From assembly GCA_902385155.1 (NCBI GenBank), contig CABMEP010000004.1, positions 1 through 44,911 of the forward strand: 44,911 bases of DNA, in the 5' to 3' direction. The translations under genes and the position numbers were made by a program. A model generated the notes under the pieces. That model was not told the origin of the DNA. It searched no databases and worked only from the letters and a program-made list of their open reading frames with translations. Origin of the DNA: an uncultured archaeon. Its GTDB lineage: Archaea; Micrarchaeota; Micrarchaeia; CABMEP01. Numbering within the stretch: position 1 is the stretch's first letter; every line of letters begins with the position of its first letter. Positions 8,822-17,400 of the stretch are shown one piece after another.

Positions 8822-9457
8822 ATGGCGAAGGGAAAACGCCCTAACAGTTCTCCTGCTGCATTCTCATGCCAGCGGTGCGGCAAGTGCTGCTCCAACATGG
8901 ACAATCTCGCCCTTTTCGAGTTGGAGAAGGAACGCCTGCTCGGCCTCAAGCCGGACCTCGACGTCAGGCCGGGCGTCACCGCGAAAGCCGGCAAGATGAC
9001 GATCATACTCCAGTGGGGGCTCAGGAGCAAGAACGGGGTGTGCCCTTTCCTGGCAACCAGTGCGGACGGAAGCAAAGGATGCTCCATCTACGACGACAGG
9101 CCGATGGTGTGCAGGGCATTTCCCCTCTCACGTTCCGGACTCAATGGGACCGACGAGCTCATCAGCATGGACTGCCCGAGCGCGGCAATCCCTTTCGGCG
9201 AGAAGGAGATAGTCGCGGGAGCGGAGTTCTTCAGCAAGATGGGCAGTTATTACGGGGAAGTATTCGATGCCGCGTTCAGGCTGGACGCCGCGAGATTCTG
9301 GATGCGCGACATGGTGAAGTTCGTAGCCTCGCGGCTTACAGAAGCGAAGAACGAGCAGATAGGCCTTCTCGAGCTGGCGATCAGGGAAGGGATATACGAC
9401 AAGGAGTTCCTGGACAGGGAGATCAAGTCGCTGTCCAGTCTTAGATTCTCGCACTGA
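8822..9457 (+). CDS. YkgJ/UPF0153-like Cys-cluster (Zn/Fe-S) protein
   Basis: CQRCGKCCSN motif near the N-terminus plus CPFL....GCSIYDDRPMVCRAFP. Confidence 0.7.
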   Translation: MAKGKRPNSSPAAFSCQRCGKCCSNMDNLALFELEKERLLGLKPDLDVRPGVTAKAGKMTIILQWGLRSKNGVCPFLATSADGSKGCSIYDDRPMVCRAFPLSRSGLNGTDELISMDCPSAAIPFGEKEIVAGAEFFSKMGSYYGEVFDAAFRLDAARFWMRDMVKFVASRLTEAKNEQIGLLELAIREGIYDKEFLDREIKSLSSLRFSH

Positions 9458-9474
9458 CGGATCGTCCTCTTCGC

Positions 9475-10098
9475 TCAGCCTTTCATTATCTTCTCTAGGT
9501 TCTTCCTGTCCCTGATGTGCTTGCCCAGCTTCGCGACGTGCTTGGTGTAGACGCTGAGCCCGAGCACGATCAACGCTGTCAGCTCGAAGAACGCGAGCCG
9601 GTCGTCCTCCTCCTTCCAGTTCGGCAGGAACGTCCTGATCTTGTTGTGCATCATCGGGAACGCCTGCTGCTTCTGCGGGGCCTTCGCATCGATCATTTTC
9701 AGCTCCTTGAACGTGCTGGCGTCCAGGTTGTGCGCGAATATGTTCCTGATCCTCTTGATCGGATCCATGGCGTTCAGTATCTTGCCCGGCAGCAGCTTGG
9801 CCGCGTGCGCGAGGTTGATCTTCGATGAGAAGTCGAAATCCTTGTCCTCGGCGATCTTCTTGTACGCTGGAAGCCAGGTCTCGAGCAGCTCATCCAGCTC
9901 CTTCTCTATGGTCATGGCGCCTATGAGCGCGAGCGCCCTGTCATCCGAAGTCTTCTTGTAGCGCTCGAGATAGGTGTTGAGTTTCTCCCTGATTTCCTTC
10001 ATCTCGCCTTCGCTGCCTTTCACCAGGTCCATCATGGGGCGGTCGAACAGCGACTCGCCCGGATCCCCCTCAAGATGTATCTCGTCCTGTATCGGCAT
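9475..10098 (-). CDS. HEPN-like (MtlR/Abi-like fold) protein with an Rx4H motif
   Basis: All-helical sequence. IGAMTIEKELDELL ... KINLAHAAKLLP ... IKRIRNIFAHN contains R-N-I-F-A-H (nt 9730-9747, minus strand), which fits the HEPN Rx4-6H signature. Confidence 0.5.
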   Translation of the reverse strand: MPIQDEIHLEGDPGESLFDRPMMDLVKGSEGEMKEIREKLNTYLERYKKTSDDRALALIGAMTIEKELDELLETWLPAYKKIAEDKDFDFSSKINLAHAAKLLPGKILNAMDPIKRIRNIFAHNLDASTFKELKMIDAKAPQKQQAFPMMHNKIRTFLPNWKEEDDRLAFFELTALIVLGLSVYTKHVAKLGKHIRDRKNLEKIMKG

Positions 10099-10107
10099 AT
10101 GACCATC

Positions 10108-10440
10108 TCATCTCAGCTCTTCCTCTCTCCATCCGCCGGTCTGCTTCTTCGCATGGTGCTTCTCCTCCTTCAGCAGATGGACAAAATCATTGCCCGCCTT
10201 GCCGCGCGGGTAGACCTTCGCGTGCGGTATCTCCACCGGTATCCGGAGCTCTTCCGCGATCCGGACAGCTTCCTTCAGGTCAATCACGCGGTCAGTGAAC
10301 AGCATCGGATATGTCCCGTACGGCTCATGGACCTTCTTCACTGTGAACAGCACGCGCTGGAACATCCCCTTGCGGTGGATGCGCAGTTCCGCGCTGCCAT
10401 TCTCCAGTATCTGCTCCAGTGTCGGCTCGTCGGGTTCCAT
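10108..10440 (-). CDS. hypothetical small protein, upstream partner of the HEPN-like gene
   Basis: Its stop (10108-10110) lies 9 nt from the HEPN-like ATG (10096-10098). Start is either ATG 10440 (MEPDEPT) or GTG 10467. No family recognised. Confidence 0.45.
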   Translation of the reverse strand: MEPDEPTLEQILENGSAELRIHRKGMFQRVLFTVKKVHEPYGTYPMLFTDRVIDLKEAVRIAEELRIPVEIPHAKVYPRGKAGNDFVHLLKEEKHHAKKQTGGWREEELR

Positions 10441-10483
10441 GCTCAACCGCCTTCGATTCGTTCCCACCCAATATCATCCGCTT

Positions 10484-10939
10484 TTACCAGTTCTTCCCCT
10501 TCACATGCTTGAAGTCCGGTCTTGTCTCCAGATAGTCCTTCAATGGGAATCCTATGAACACTATGAGCACCACTATGGCGGTGGTCGCTATCGCTTCTAT
10601 ATACATCCCGAATCCAGCGGCCATGCCGAGGGCGGCGACCACCCAGATCGCTGCGGCGGTCGTGATGCCTCTGACGTTGTCCTTGATCTTCAGTATGGAT
10701 CCGGCGCCGATGAAGCCGATGCCTGTCGCGATTCCCGCCGCGATCCTCGTCGGGTCGGGGACGCCCGGCACGGAGAACGATATGATCGTCATCAAAGCGG
10801 AGCCGAGGGCCACGAGCGGCAGGGTCAGCACTCCCGCCGGCCTTTTGTGGTATTCGCGTTCGACCCCTACGACACCACCAAGTATCACAGCAGTCAATAT
10901 CCGTGCCAGGAATTCGGTGAATTCAATTGCCATGTCCAA
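10484..10939 (-). CDS. mgtC: MgtC/SapB family membrane protein
   Basis: GGVVGVEREYHKRPAG, GIGFIGAGSILK and GITTAAAIWVVAALGMAAGFG motifs. Confidence 0.8.
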   Translation of the reverse strand: MDMAIEFTEFLARILTAVILGGVVGVEREYHKRPAGVLTLPLVALGSALMTIISFSVPGVPDPTRIAAGIATGIGFIGAGSILKIKDNVRGITTAAAIWVVAALGMAAGFGMYIEAIATTAIVVLIVFIGFPLKDYLETRPDFKHVKGKNW

Positions 10940-11081
10940 AACCTCTTCATGCCGTTTCAGTTGTCCGGCTTAGCCTTCCCTCCGCTTACATATAATCAGT
11001 AATATAATCCTGCTGCCGTCATCTGCGGTTTTCATTGAAAATGTGGAAAGGTATAAATGGGTCAATGGGGCCTTATATCCT

Positions 11082-12320
11082 ATGAAAACCGTCTCTCCCA
11101 TAAAGAAACTCTCTGTTCTCGGATTAGGCAGCATCAGCATGAATGTAATCGACGTCGTTGAACGCAATCCTCGCAAGTTCAGGATCGTCGCTCTCGCTTC
11201 ATTGAATGAGGTTGAACTCATGGAGCAGCAGGCGCTGAAGTTGAGGCCGGAAGCGGTGTCGCTATCCGTGCCTGCCGCCGCGAACGAACTCGAAAACAGG
11301 CTCAGGAAGCGCAAGGAGACGCGCGGTATCAAGGTGCATTACGGTTCCGAAGGACTGATGAAAATCGCAACGCACGAGACGGCAGGCACGGTCGTCACCG
11401 CGGTCGTAGGGAGCGTCGGTCTGCTACCCACCCTTGGCGCCATCAAGGCAGGCAAGAACGTCGCGGTCGCCAACAAGGAGACGCTCGTGTGCGCCGGATC
11501 CATCATCATGCCTGCCGTCAAGCGGCACGGCGTCACTCTGATGCCCATCGACAGCGAGCACTCCGCGATATTCCAATGCCTCAACGGCGAGAGGCGGAAG
11601 GACCTGAAGAAGATAATCATAACCTGTTCCGGCGGTCCGTTCTGGACTACCGATGAGGAGAAGATGAATCATGCCACCAAGGAGGAGGCATTGAACCACC
11701 CGACATGGAAGATGGGTGGCAAGATCACTATCGACAGCGCCACGCTAATGAACAAGGGACTCGAAGTGATCGAGGCGCACTGGCTGTATGATGTTCCATA
11801 CAATCAGATCAAGGTCACGATACACCCCCAATCAATAGACCATTCTATGGTTGAGTTCTGCGACGGCTCCGTAATAGTGCAGCGGGGGGTGCACGACATG
11901 CGTGTTCCTATCCTGTACGCCCTATCCTATCCATCGCGTCTCAATGCAGAGGAGTATGCATTCCTTGGAATCCCGATTCAAGACAGTCAGGATGGCGAGG
12001 AGATGACTCTAAACTTCATGAAACCAGATATGAAGAAGTTCCCTTGCCTTGCGTATGCGTATGAGGCGGGCGTGAAGGACGGGACGATGCCAGCGGTGAT
12101 GAACGCGGCCAATGAGGTCGCAGTGGCGGAGTTCTTCCTCAAGAACAGGTGCTCCTTCGGCGACATCGCCAGGGTGGTCAGGAAGACTATGGACGATCAC
12201 ACGCTCATGATGAACCCCGGCCTCGGCAACATCCTTTCGGCGGACAAATGGGCGAGGGAGCATGCCAGATCCATCCTTGACGTCGTAGAAACGGATGGCA
12301 GCTGGAAGAATATCCGCTGA
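11082..12320 (+). CDS. dxr: 1-deoxy-D-xylulose-5-phosphate reductoisomerase (DXR/IspC) homolog
   Basis: VGSVGLLPTLGAIKAGKNVAVANKETLV, PIDSEHSAIFQCL, CSGGPF, NHPTWKMGGKITIDSATLMNKGLEVIEAHWLY, IHPQSIDHSMVEF and NAANEVAV are collinear with bacterial DXR. Start ATG 11082 lies about 25 nt after GGTATAAAT. Confidence 0.85.
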   Translation: MKTVSPIKKLSVLGLGSISMNVIDVVERNPRKFRIVALASLNEVELMEQQALKLRPEAVSLSVPAAANELENRLRKRKETRGIKVHYGSEGLMKIATHETAGTVVTAVVGSVGLLPTLGAIKAGKNVAVANKETLVCAGSIIMPAVKRHGVTLMPIDSEHSAIFQCLNGERRKDLKKIIITCSGGPFWTTDEEKMNHATKEEALNHPTWKMGGKITIDSATLMNKGLEVIEAHWLYDVPYNQIKVTIHPQSIDHSMVEFCDGSVIVQRGVHDMRVPILYALSYPSRLNAEEYAFLGIPIQDSQDGEEMTLNFMKPDMKKFPCLAYAYEAGVKDGTMPAVMNAANEVAVAEFFLKNRCSFGDIARVVRKTMDDHTLMMNPGLGNILSADKWAREHARSILDVVETDGSWKNIR

Positions 12321-12323
12321 TCT

Positions 12324-13211
12324 TCATCTTTTCAGCAGCGCTTCCACGGCCGCGCTCGTTATCAGCTGCTGCGCCCCATATCCTGTGACCGCGACAGCGC
12401 CGCAGGCGTTGCCCAATGCGAGGCAGTCTTCGGGGCGCATCCCGTCCAGGTCCGCGAACATGTATCCGGCAGCGAACGCGTCGCCGGCTCCGGTTGGATC
12501 CACCGCTTCCACCTTGTAGATGGGCGCGGACATCTCCACTCCTTCGCAGATGACGGCGCTGCCCTGCGACCCCCTCGTGACGACGAGCGGCGTCCGCGGG
12601 CCGATGGCGCAGTGCGCCTTCACGGTCTCGATCTCCTTCTCGTCGCCGATTATCGCTTCGATCGGATACTGCGTCAGATAGTGCTCGTTCCCCTTCGCCT
12701 TCTCCTCGAGATACCGGTGGGCGCTGACGTAGAGGATTATCTTCTTCCTCGCGGCGAACTCCGCGCACTGGGTGAAGAGGCCGTTCCTCAAGCCGACCAG
12801 CATCGCGCGAGAGGCTCCGATGTACGCGAAATCGTCCTCGTTGAGCAGGTCCACCCCATGGTACTCCGCGGTGTGGACTATGTTCCGTTCATTGGAGGAG
12901 ACCATGATGTCATTCGTGAATGTGGGCTGGTCCGTGACTCTGACGCGTGTGATGTCTATCTTGCATTCATCGAGCTTCTGGAGCAGGAAATTGCCGTTCC
13001 TGTCGGTCCCTATCCGCCCTATAATGCCCGTCCTGCCGCCCAGTCCCGCGAACGTTGCGGCGGTGTTCATCGCGGCCCCGCCCGGCCTGATGAGCCTGTC
13101 GGTGGGGATGATTATGGTGTCGACGGTGGGATTGCCGAAGCAGACGATATCGAACTTCTTATCAGTCGTTATCCCTTTCGGTCTGCGTTCGCCGAACTGA
13201 TCAATCAGCAT
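12324..13211 (-). CDS. PfkB-family carbohydrate/nucleoside kinase
   Basis: FDIVCFGNPTVDTII, GGAAMNTA and C-terminal DPTGAGDAFAAGYMFA motifs. Start trimmed to ATG 13211 (MLIDQF). The 68 upstream codons in the track have no family features. Confidence 0.8.
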   Translation of the reverse strand: MLIDQFGERRPKGITTDKKFDIVCFGNPTVDTIIIPTDRLIRPGGAAMNTAATFAGLGGRTGIIGRIGTDRNGNFLLQKLDECKIDITRVRVTDQPTFTNDIMVSSNERNIVHTAEYHGVDLLNEDDFAYIGASRAMLVGLRNGLFTQCAEFAARKKIILYVSAHRYLEEKAKGNEHYLTQYPIEAIIGDEKEIETVKAHCAIGPRTPLVVTRGSQGSAVICEGVEMSAPIYKVEAVDPTGAGDAFAAGYMFADLDGMRPEDCLALGNACGAVAVTGYGAQQLITSAAVEALLKR

Positions 13212-13484
13212 GGTATATTTCCTCTTCCGAGCTTTATATCTGTACCGCTGCCTGCGGGGAAGAGCGGGATTTGTGGAATCGGGGCATCGTGGGTCGGGCG
13301 AATATTTATAAACTCTATCAGCATAGTTTAGACAGTCGATTTTTTCCAGAAATCGAACCCGGCGTACAGATGAAGTGGTCTCTGTGTTTCGTTGACACGA
13401 GGGACTCAATGTCATCTAGCATTGATGAGTACACTGCGTGCGCGTGCAAAGCACGACGCGGGCAATACCACACCGTGGTAAACA

Positions 13485-14453
13485 ATGGGAAGTGCAAATA
13501 AGCCGAGAGCAGGTTCTCTCGCATTCAAACCGAGGAAGAGGTCGCGCGACATCTCGCCGCGCATTCATAGCTGGCGCTCCACCGACAAGGCGCAGCTTCT
13601 GGGTTTCCCAGTCTACAAGGTCGGCATGCGCATGGCCGGCATGGTCGATGATTCTCAATCGCCGACCAAGGGAATGGAGATCACGGTGCCTGTCACCGTC
13701 CTAGAAGCACCGAAAGTCACGATTTTTGGCATCAGGCTCTACAAGAAGACCTACGCCGGCGACGTTTGCGTCGGCGACGCCATCTCAGTCACCCCGAAGG
13801 CCGCAGGAACGCTCGGCATGAAGGAGGAGACCAAGCACAAGGACGCCAGCTGGCTCGCGGAGAACGTTCCGAAGGTCAGGACCGGTTTCCTCACAGCTCT
13901 CGCGTTCACCAACACCGATGTCGCAGGCATCCCGAAGAAGGCCGTGGACATCGTCGAGATCGGCATCGGCGGGAAGACTGCGGCCGATCAGTTAGAATTC
14001 GCGAAGTCAATCCTCGGAAAGGACGTCTCAGTGAAGGACGTCATAGAGGAGGGCGAATTCGTCGACACGATCGCAGTCACCCGTGGCCATGGATGGCAAG
14101 GCGCCGTCAAGAGGCACGGAATACACAAGCAGAGGCGCAAGGCGACAGGCCGCAGGAGGCACGTCGGCACTCTCGGTCCGTGGACCCCCCACAACGTCAT
14201 GTACACCACGCCGCAGGCGGGCCAGCACGGCTTCCACCGCAGGACGCAGTTCAACATCCGCGTCCTCGCCGTCGGAGACGACGTGAAGAAGGCCAACATC
14301 CCCGGCGGATACCCGCACTACGGCGATGTGAAGACGGATTTCCTGTTCGTCAAGGGCTCCATACAAGGGACCCAGAAGAGATTCGTCTTCGTGAGGAAGG
14401 CGACCCGCGCGACCTCCCAGTCGAGGAAGCCGCAGATCGTATGGGGATACTGA
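13485..14453 (+). CDS. rpl3: 50S ribosomal protein L3 (uL3)
   Basis: PRAGSLAFKPRKR, TRGHGWQGAVKRHG and GQHGFHRRTQFN motifs. First gene of the cluster. Confidence 0.95.
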   Translation: MGSANKPRAGSLAFKPRKRSRDISPRIHSWRSTDKAQLLGFPVYKVGMRMAGMVDDSQSPTKGMEITVPVTVLEAPKVTIFGIRLYKKTYAGDVCVGDAISVTPKAAGTLGMKEETKHKDASWLAENVPKVRTGFLTALAFTNTDVAGIPKKAVDIVEIGIGGKTAADQLEFAKSILGKDVSVKDVIEEGEFVDTIAVTRGHGWQGAVKRHGIHKQRRKATGRRRHVGTLGPWTPHNVMYTTPQAGQHGFHRRTQFNIRVLAVGDDVKKANIPGGYPHYGDVKTDFLFVKGSIQGTQKRFVFVRKATRATSQSRKPQIVWGY

Positions 14454-14475
14454 TTGATTTTCATTTGTGATACTT

Positions 14476-15252
14476 ATGACAAGCGTTCCGATATACTCCG
14501 CTGATGGATCTTCCGCAGGGAAGGTCGAGCTGCCGAAGGTGTTCGCAGAGGACGTGCGCGACGAGCTGATCAAGCGCGCGGTGCTCTCCGAGGAATCCGA
14601 GGAGTTCCAGCCGAAGGGCACCTTCTACCGCGCAGGTCTCCAGACCACGGCGCGATACGTCGGAAGGAAGGAGGCCTATCACTCCCTGAAGAACCGTGGT
14701 GGCGCCATGCTTCCGCGCGAACTCTACCCAAAGGGACGGATCGGACGGGTCAGAGTGGTTCCGTGGGCAGTGAAGGGACGAAGGGCTCACCCGCCGAAGG
14801 TGGCGAAGGTCCTCGTGGAGCGCATCAACAAGAGAGAGAAGGCGAAGGCGCTCAGGAGCGCGATCGCGGCGACCTCCAGGAAGGAGATCGTGTCAAAGAA
14901 GCACATCTTCTCCGATGTCGTAATCCCAATCATACTCGATGAGAAATGCGAAGCGATGAAGAAGACAAAGGACGTGTTCGCCCTCTTCGAGAAGATCAAG
15001 ATATCCAAGGACATCGAGCGAGCCGCGGACCGCCGCAAGGCGAGGACGGGCCACCGCTACGGCGGGACGAAGACCCCGAGGTCAATCCTCCTAGTGTCCG
15101 CGACCCAGGTGCCGCTGCTGAAGGCGGCGCGCAACATGCCGGGCGTGACGGTCAAGACCGTCGACAATCTCCAGGTGAGGGATCTCGCCCCCGGCGGAGT
15201 GCCGGGCAGGCTGACCGTCTGGACGAAGGCCGCCATAGAGGCGCTGAAGTAA
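14476..15252 (+). CDS. rpl4: 50S ribosomal protein L4 (uL4)
   Basis: Operon position and L4/L1e-like sequence (VELPKVF...RAV...PKGTFYRAGLQTTA). ATG 14476 follows GTGATACTT. Confidence 0.93.
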   Translation: MTSVPIYSADGSSAGKVELPKVFAEDVRDELIKRAVLSEESEEFQPKGTFYRAGLQTTARYVGRKEAYHSLKNRGGAMLPRELYPKGRIGRVRVVPWAVKGRRAHPPKVAKVLVERINKREKAKALRSAIAATSRKEIVSKKHIFSDVVIPIILDEKCEAMKKTKDVFALFEKIKISKDIERAADRRKARTGHRYGGTKTPRSILLVSATQVPLLKAARNMPGVTVKTVDNLQVRDLAPGGVPGRLTVWTKAAIEALK

Positions 15253-15274
15253 TACGATAATACGGTGAAACGAT

Positions 15275-15520
15275 ATGATGATCTATCCTGTTGCGACCGA
15301 AAAGGCGATCAACCAGATCGCGAAAGGCAACACGATCGTGTTCGAGGTCGCGAAGACCGAGACGCGCAAGACCGTGAAGGACTACGTGGAGAAGGAATTC
15401 TCCGTGAAGGTCGACAACATCAGGATCATGAACACGTTCTCCGGCAAGAAGAGGGCGTTCGTCAGGCTGAAGAAGGAATTCCCGGCCATGGACGTCGCGT
15501 CCAAGCTGAAGATACTGTGA
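15275..15520 (+). CDS. rpl23: 50S ribosomal protein L23 (uL23)
   Basis: YPVATEKAINQI...NTIVFEV...KVDNIRIMN...KKRAFVRL. Confidence 0.95.
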   Translation: MMIYPVATEKAINQIAKGNTIVFEVAKTETRKTVKDYVEKEFSVKVDNIRIMNTFSGKKRAFVRLKKEFPAMDVASKLKIL

Positions 15521-15556
15521 GTTTGATAGAAGCCGAATGATCATAAGGTGTAAAAC

Positions 15557-16294
15557 ATGGGCAAGATGCTGAACCAGCAGAGGAGAGGGAAGGGATCGCC
15601 TGCGTTCACGGCGCCATCCCATCTGTTCAAGGCAGCGGTGGCCTTCCGCAGCTACGACGAGCAGGAGAAGACCTCTCTCGTGAAGGGCCAGGTCGTCAGG
15701 TTCATGAACGATTCCGCGCACAGCGGCCTCATGATGGTCATCAAGGAAGAGACGGGCAGGGAGATCGTGCTCCTCGCGCCGGAAGGGATCGCTCTCGGAG
15801 ACACAATCGAGTTCGGAGCGCAGGCGAAGGTCAACTTCGGCAACGTGCTCCCGCTCGCGAAGATTCCCGACGGAATGCCGGTGTACAATATCGAGCTCGT
15901 CCCGGGAGACGGCGGCAAGATGGTGCGCTCGGCGGGCACGTCCGCTTCGGTTATATCCCACACAGAGAGTTCCGTTTACGTAGGCCTCCCATCCAAGAAG
16001 GTGAAGGTCTTTGACGCTAACTGCAGGGCCCAGGTCGGCCTCGTCTCCATCGGAGGCAGGCTGCTCAGGCCGGTGTTCAAGGCAGGCAAGAAGCACCACA
16101 TGGTCGCTTCCACGGCGAGATACTGGCCGAAGGTCAGGGGAGTCGCCATGTCCGCCTACGACCACCCGTTCGGCGGCAAGCAGCACCACCCTGGCCGCTC
16201 CACTGTCGTGGCGAGGAACGCCCCGCCAGGAAGGAAGGTCGGGCTCATCGCGGCTGCATCTGTCGGCCGTGGCCGGAAGAGGAAGAGGCTGTGA
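15557..16294 (+). CDS. rpl2: 50S ribosomal protein L2 (uL2)
   Basis: YWPKVRGVAMSAYDHPFGGKQHHPGRSTVV...PPGRKVGLIAA. Confidence 0.97.
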   Translation: MGKMLNQQRRGKGSPAFTAPSHLFKAAVAFRSYDEQEKTSLVKGQVVRFMNDSAHSGLMMVIKEETGREIVLLAPEGIALGDTIEFGAQAKVNFGNVLPLAKIPDGMPVYNIELVPGDGGKMVRSAGTSASVISHTESSVYVGLPSKKVKVFDANCRAQVGLVSIGGRLLRPVFKAGKKHHMVASTARYWPKVRGVAMSAYDHPFGGKQHHPGRSTVVARNAPPGRKVGLIAAASVGRGRKRKRL

Positions 16295-16331
16295 TAGCGC
16301 GTCTGATATGTAATGTTTAACGAGTGATTGA

Positions 16332-16715
16332 ATGGCGAGAAAGTTCATATTCCGTGGGAAGTCCCTTGAGGAGCTCCAGGCGCTCTCTACTGAAGAGTTC
16401 CTGAAGCTCATAGACTCGCGCGCCAGGCGCTACGTCAACAGGATGCCCGTGGACTATAAGCGACTCCTCGACAAGGTAAGGAAAGTCGGCGAGAAGAAGG
16501 AGATTAGGACGACCATCCGCGAAGCGGTCATCATACCGCAGTGGGTCGGCCTCAAGTTCAAGATACACGGCGGGAAGGAATTCAAGCTCGTCACCATCCA
16601 GCCCGACATGGTAGGAAGGAGGCTGGGCGATTTCGTCCACACGACAGGTCGTGTGCTCCACAGCGGCCCCGGAGTCGGCGCCACGAGAGGATCGAAGTTC
16701 CTGCCGCTCAAGTGA
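16332..16715 (+). CDS. rps19: 30S ribosomal protein S19 (uS19)
   Basis: IHGGKEFKLVTIQPDMVGRRLGDFVHT. Confidence 0.95.
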   Translation: MARKFIFRGKSLEELQALSTEEFLKLIDSRARRYVNRMPVDYKRLLDKVRKVGEKKEIRTTIREAVIIPQWVGLKFKIHGGKEFKLVTIQPDMVGRRLGDFVHTTGRVLHSGPGVGATRGSKFLPLK

Positions 16716-16736
16716 GCTAGTCATTGCGTGATGTTT

Positions 16737-17372
16737 ATGGCACAGTACAGATACGGATTCGGAGCGCGCATGCGCGAAGAGGAGACGGCGAAGGCGCAGC
16801 AGTACAACATAGACGCGTCCTACAAGGACCTCTGCGCAGTCTGCAGCAACCTCCGCGGCCTCACCGCAGACGAGGGCGTGCAGTACCTCGAGGCCGTGCT
16901 CGGCGGATTCCCGGTGCTCTACAAGAGGTGGAACAAGCACCTCGGCCACCGCAAGGAGCTCGGGGGGCGGAAGGGAAGGTATCCGGTCAAGTCCGCGAAG
17001 TACGTGCTGCTGGTCCTGAAGAACGCGATCGCCAACGCGTCCGGCAAGGGACTCGACAGCCTAACGATCGTCCATGTGCAGGCCAACAAGCAGGCCATCT
17101 ATCCGAGGACCCAGTCCAAGGGCAAGCAGTTCCGCGCGAACTACGAGACCGCCCGGGTCGAAGTGGTGCTCGCGGGCAAGAAGAACGAGAAGCTCCTCGA
17201 AGAGAAGAAGGAGAAGTCAGCCAAGAAGGCGAAGGCCAAGGAGGCAGCCGCCGAGATGGTGAAGGGCGTGCAGTCCGAGGTCGAGAAGAAGACAGAGGAG
17301 GTCGTCAAGGAAGTGAAGACAGAGAAGGCGGCCGAGAAGAAGGTAGAGGCGAAGCCGGCAGCGAAGAAGTGA
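16737..17372 (+). CDS. rpl22: 50S ribosomal protein L22 (uL22) with long K/E/A-rich C-terminal extension
   Basis: AQYRYGF...AKAQQYNIDASYKDLCAVCSNLRGL. ATG 16737 follows GTGATGTTT. Confidence 0.93.
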   Translation: MAQYRYGFGARMREEETAKAQQYNIDASYKDLCAVCSNLRGLTADEGVQYLEAVLGGFPVLYKRWNKHLGHRKELGGRKGRYPVKSAKYVLLVLKNAIANASGKGLDSLTIVHVQANKQAIYPRTQSKGKQFRANYETARVEVVLAGKKNEKLLEEKKEKSAKKAKAKEAAAEMVKGVQSEVEKKTEEVVKEVKTEKAAEKKVEAKPAAKK

Positions 17373-17400
17373 GCGATATTCATGTCAATCGAGTGATTTG

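Noticed and set aside
13345-13375. tRNA T-arm-like string on the minus strand (CCGGGTTCGATTTCTGG)
   Set aside because: The G53-C61 pair is absent, the downstream A-run cannot form an acceptor stem, and no D or anticodon arms can be built. At most it is a fragment, and probably chance.
12324-13415. 68-codon N-terminal extension of the PfkB kinase ORF
   Set aside because: No kinase homology before MLIDQF... (13211). The extension runs through the divergent promoter region with TATA-like boxes.
15152-16411. 419-aa ORF on the minus strand
   Set aside because: It is fully antisense to rpl23 and rpl2, Arg/Asp/His/Leu-rich and has no motifs. This is a typical shadow ORF of GC3-rich genes.
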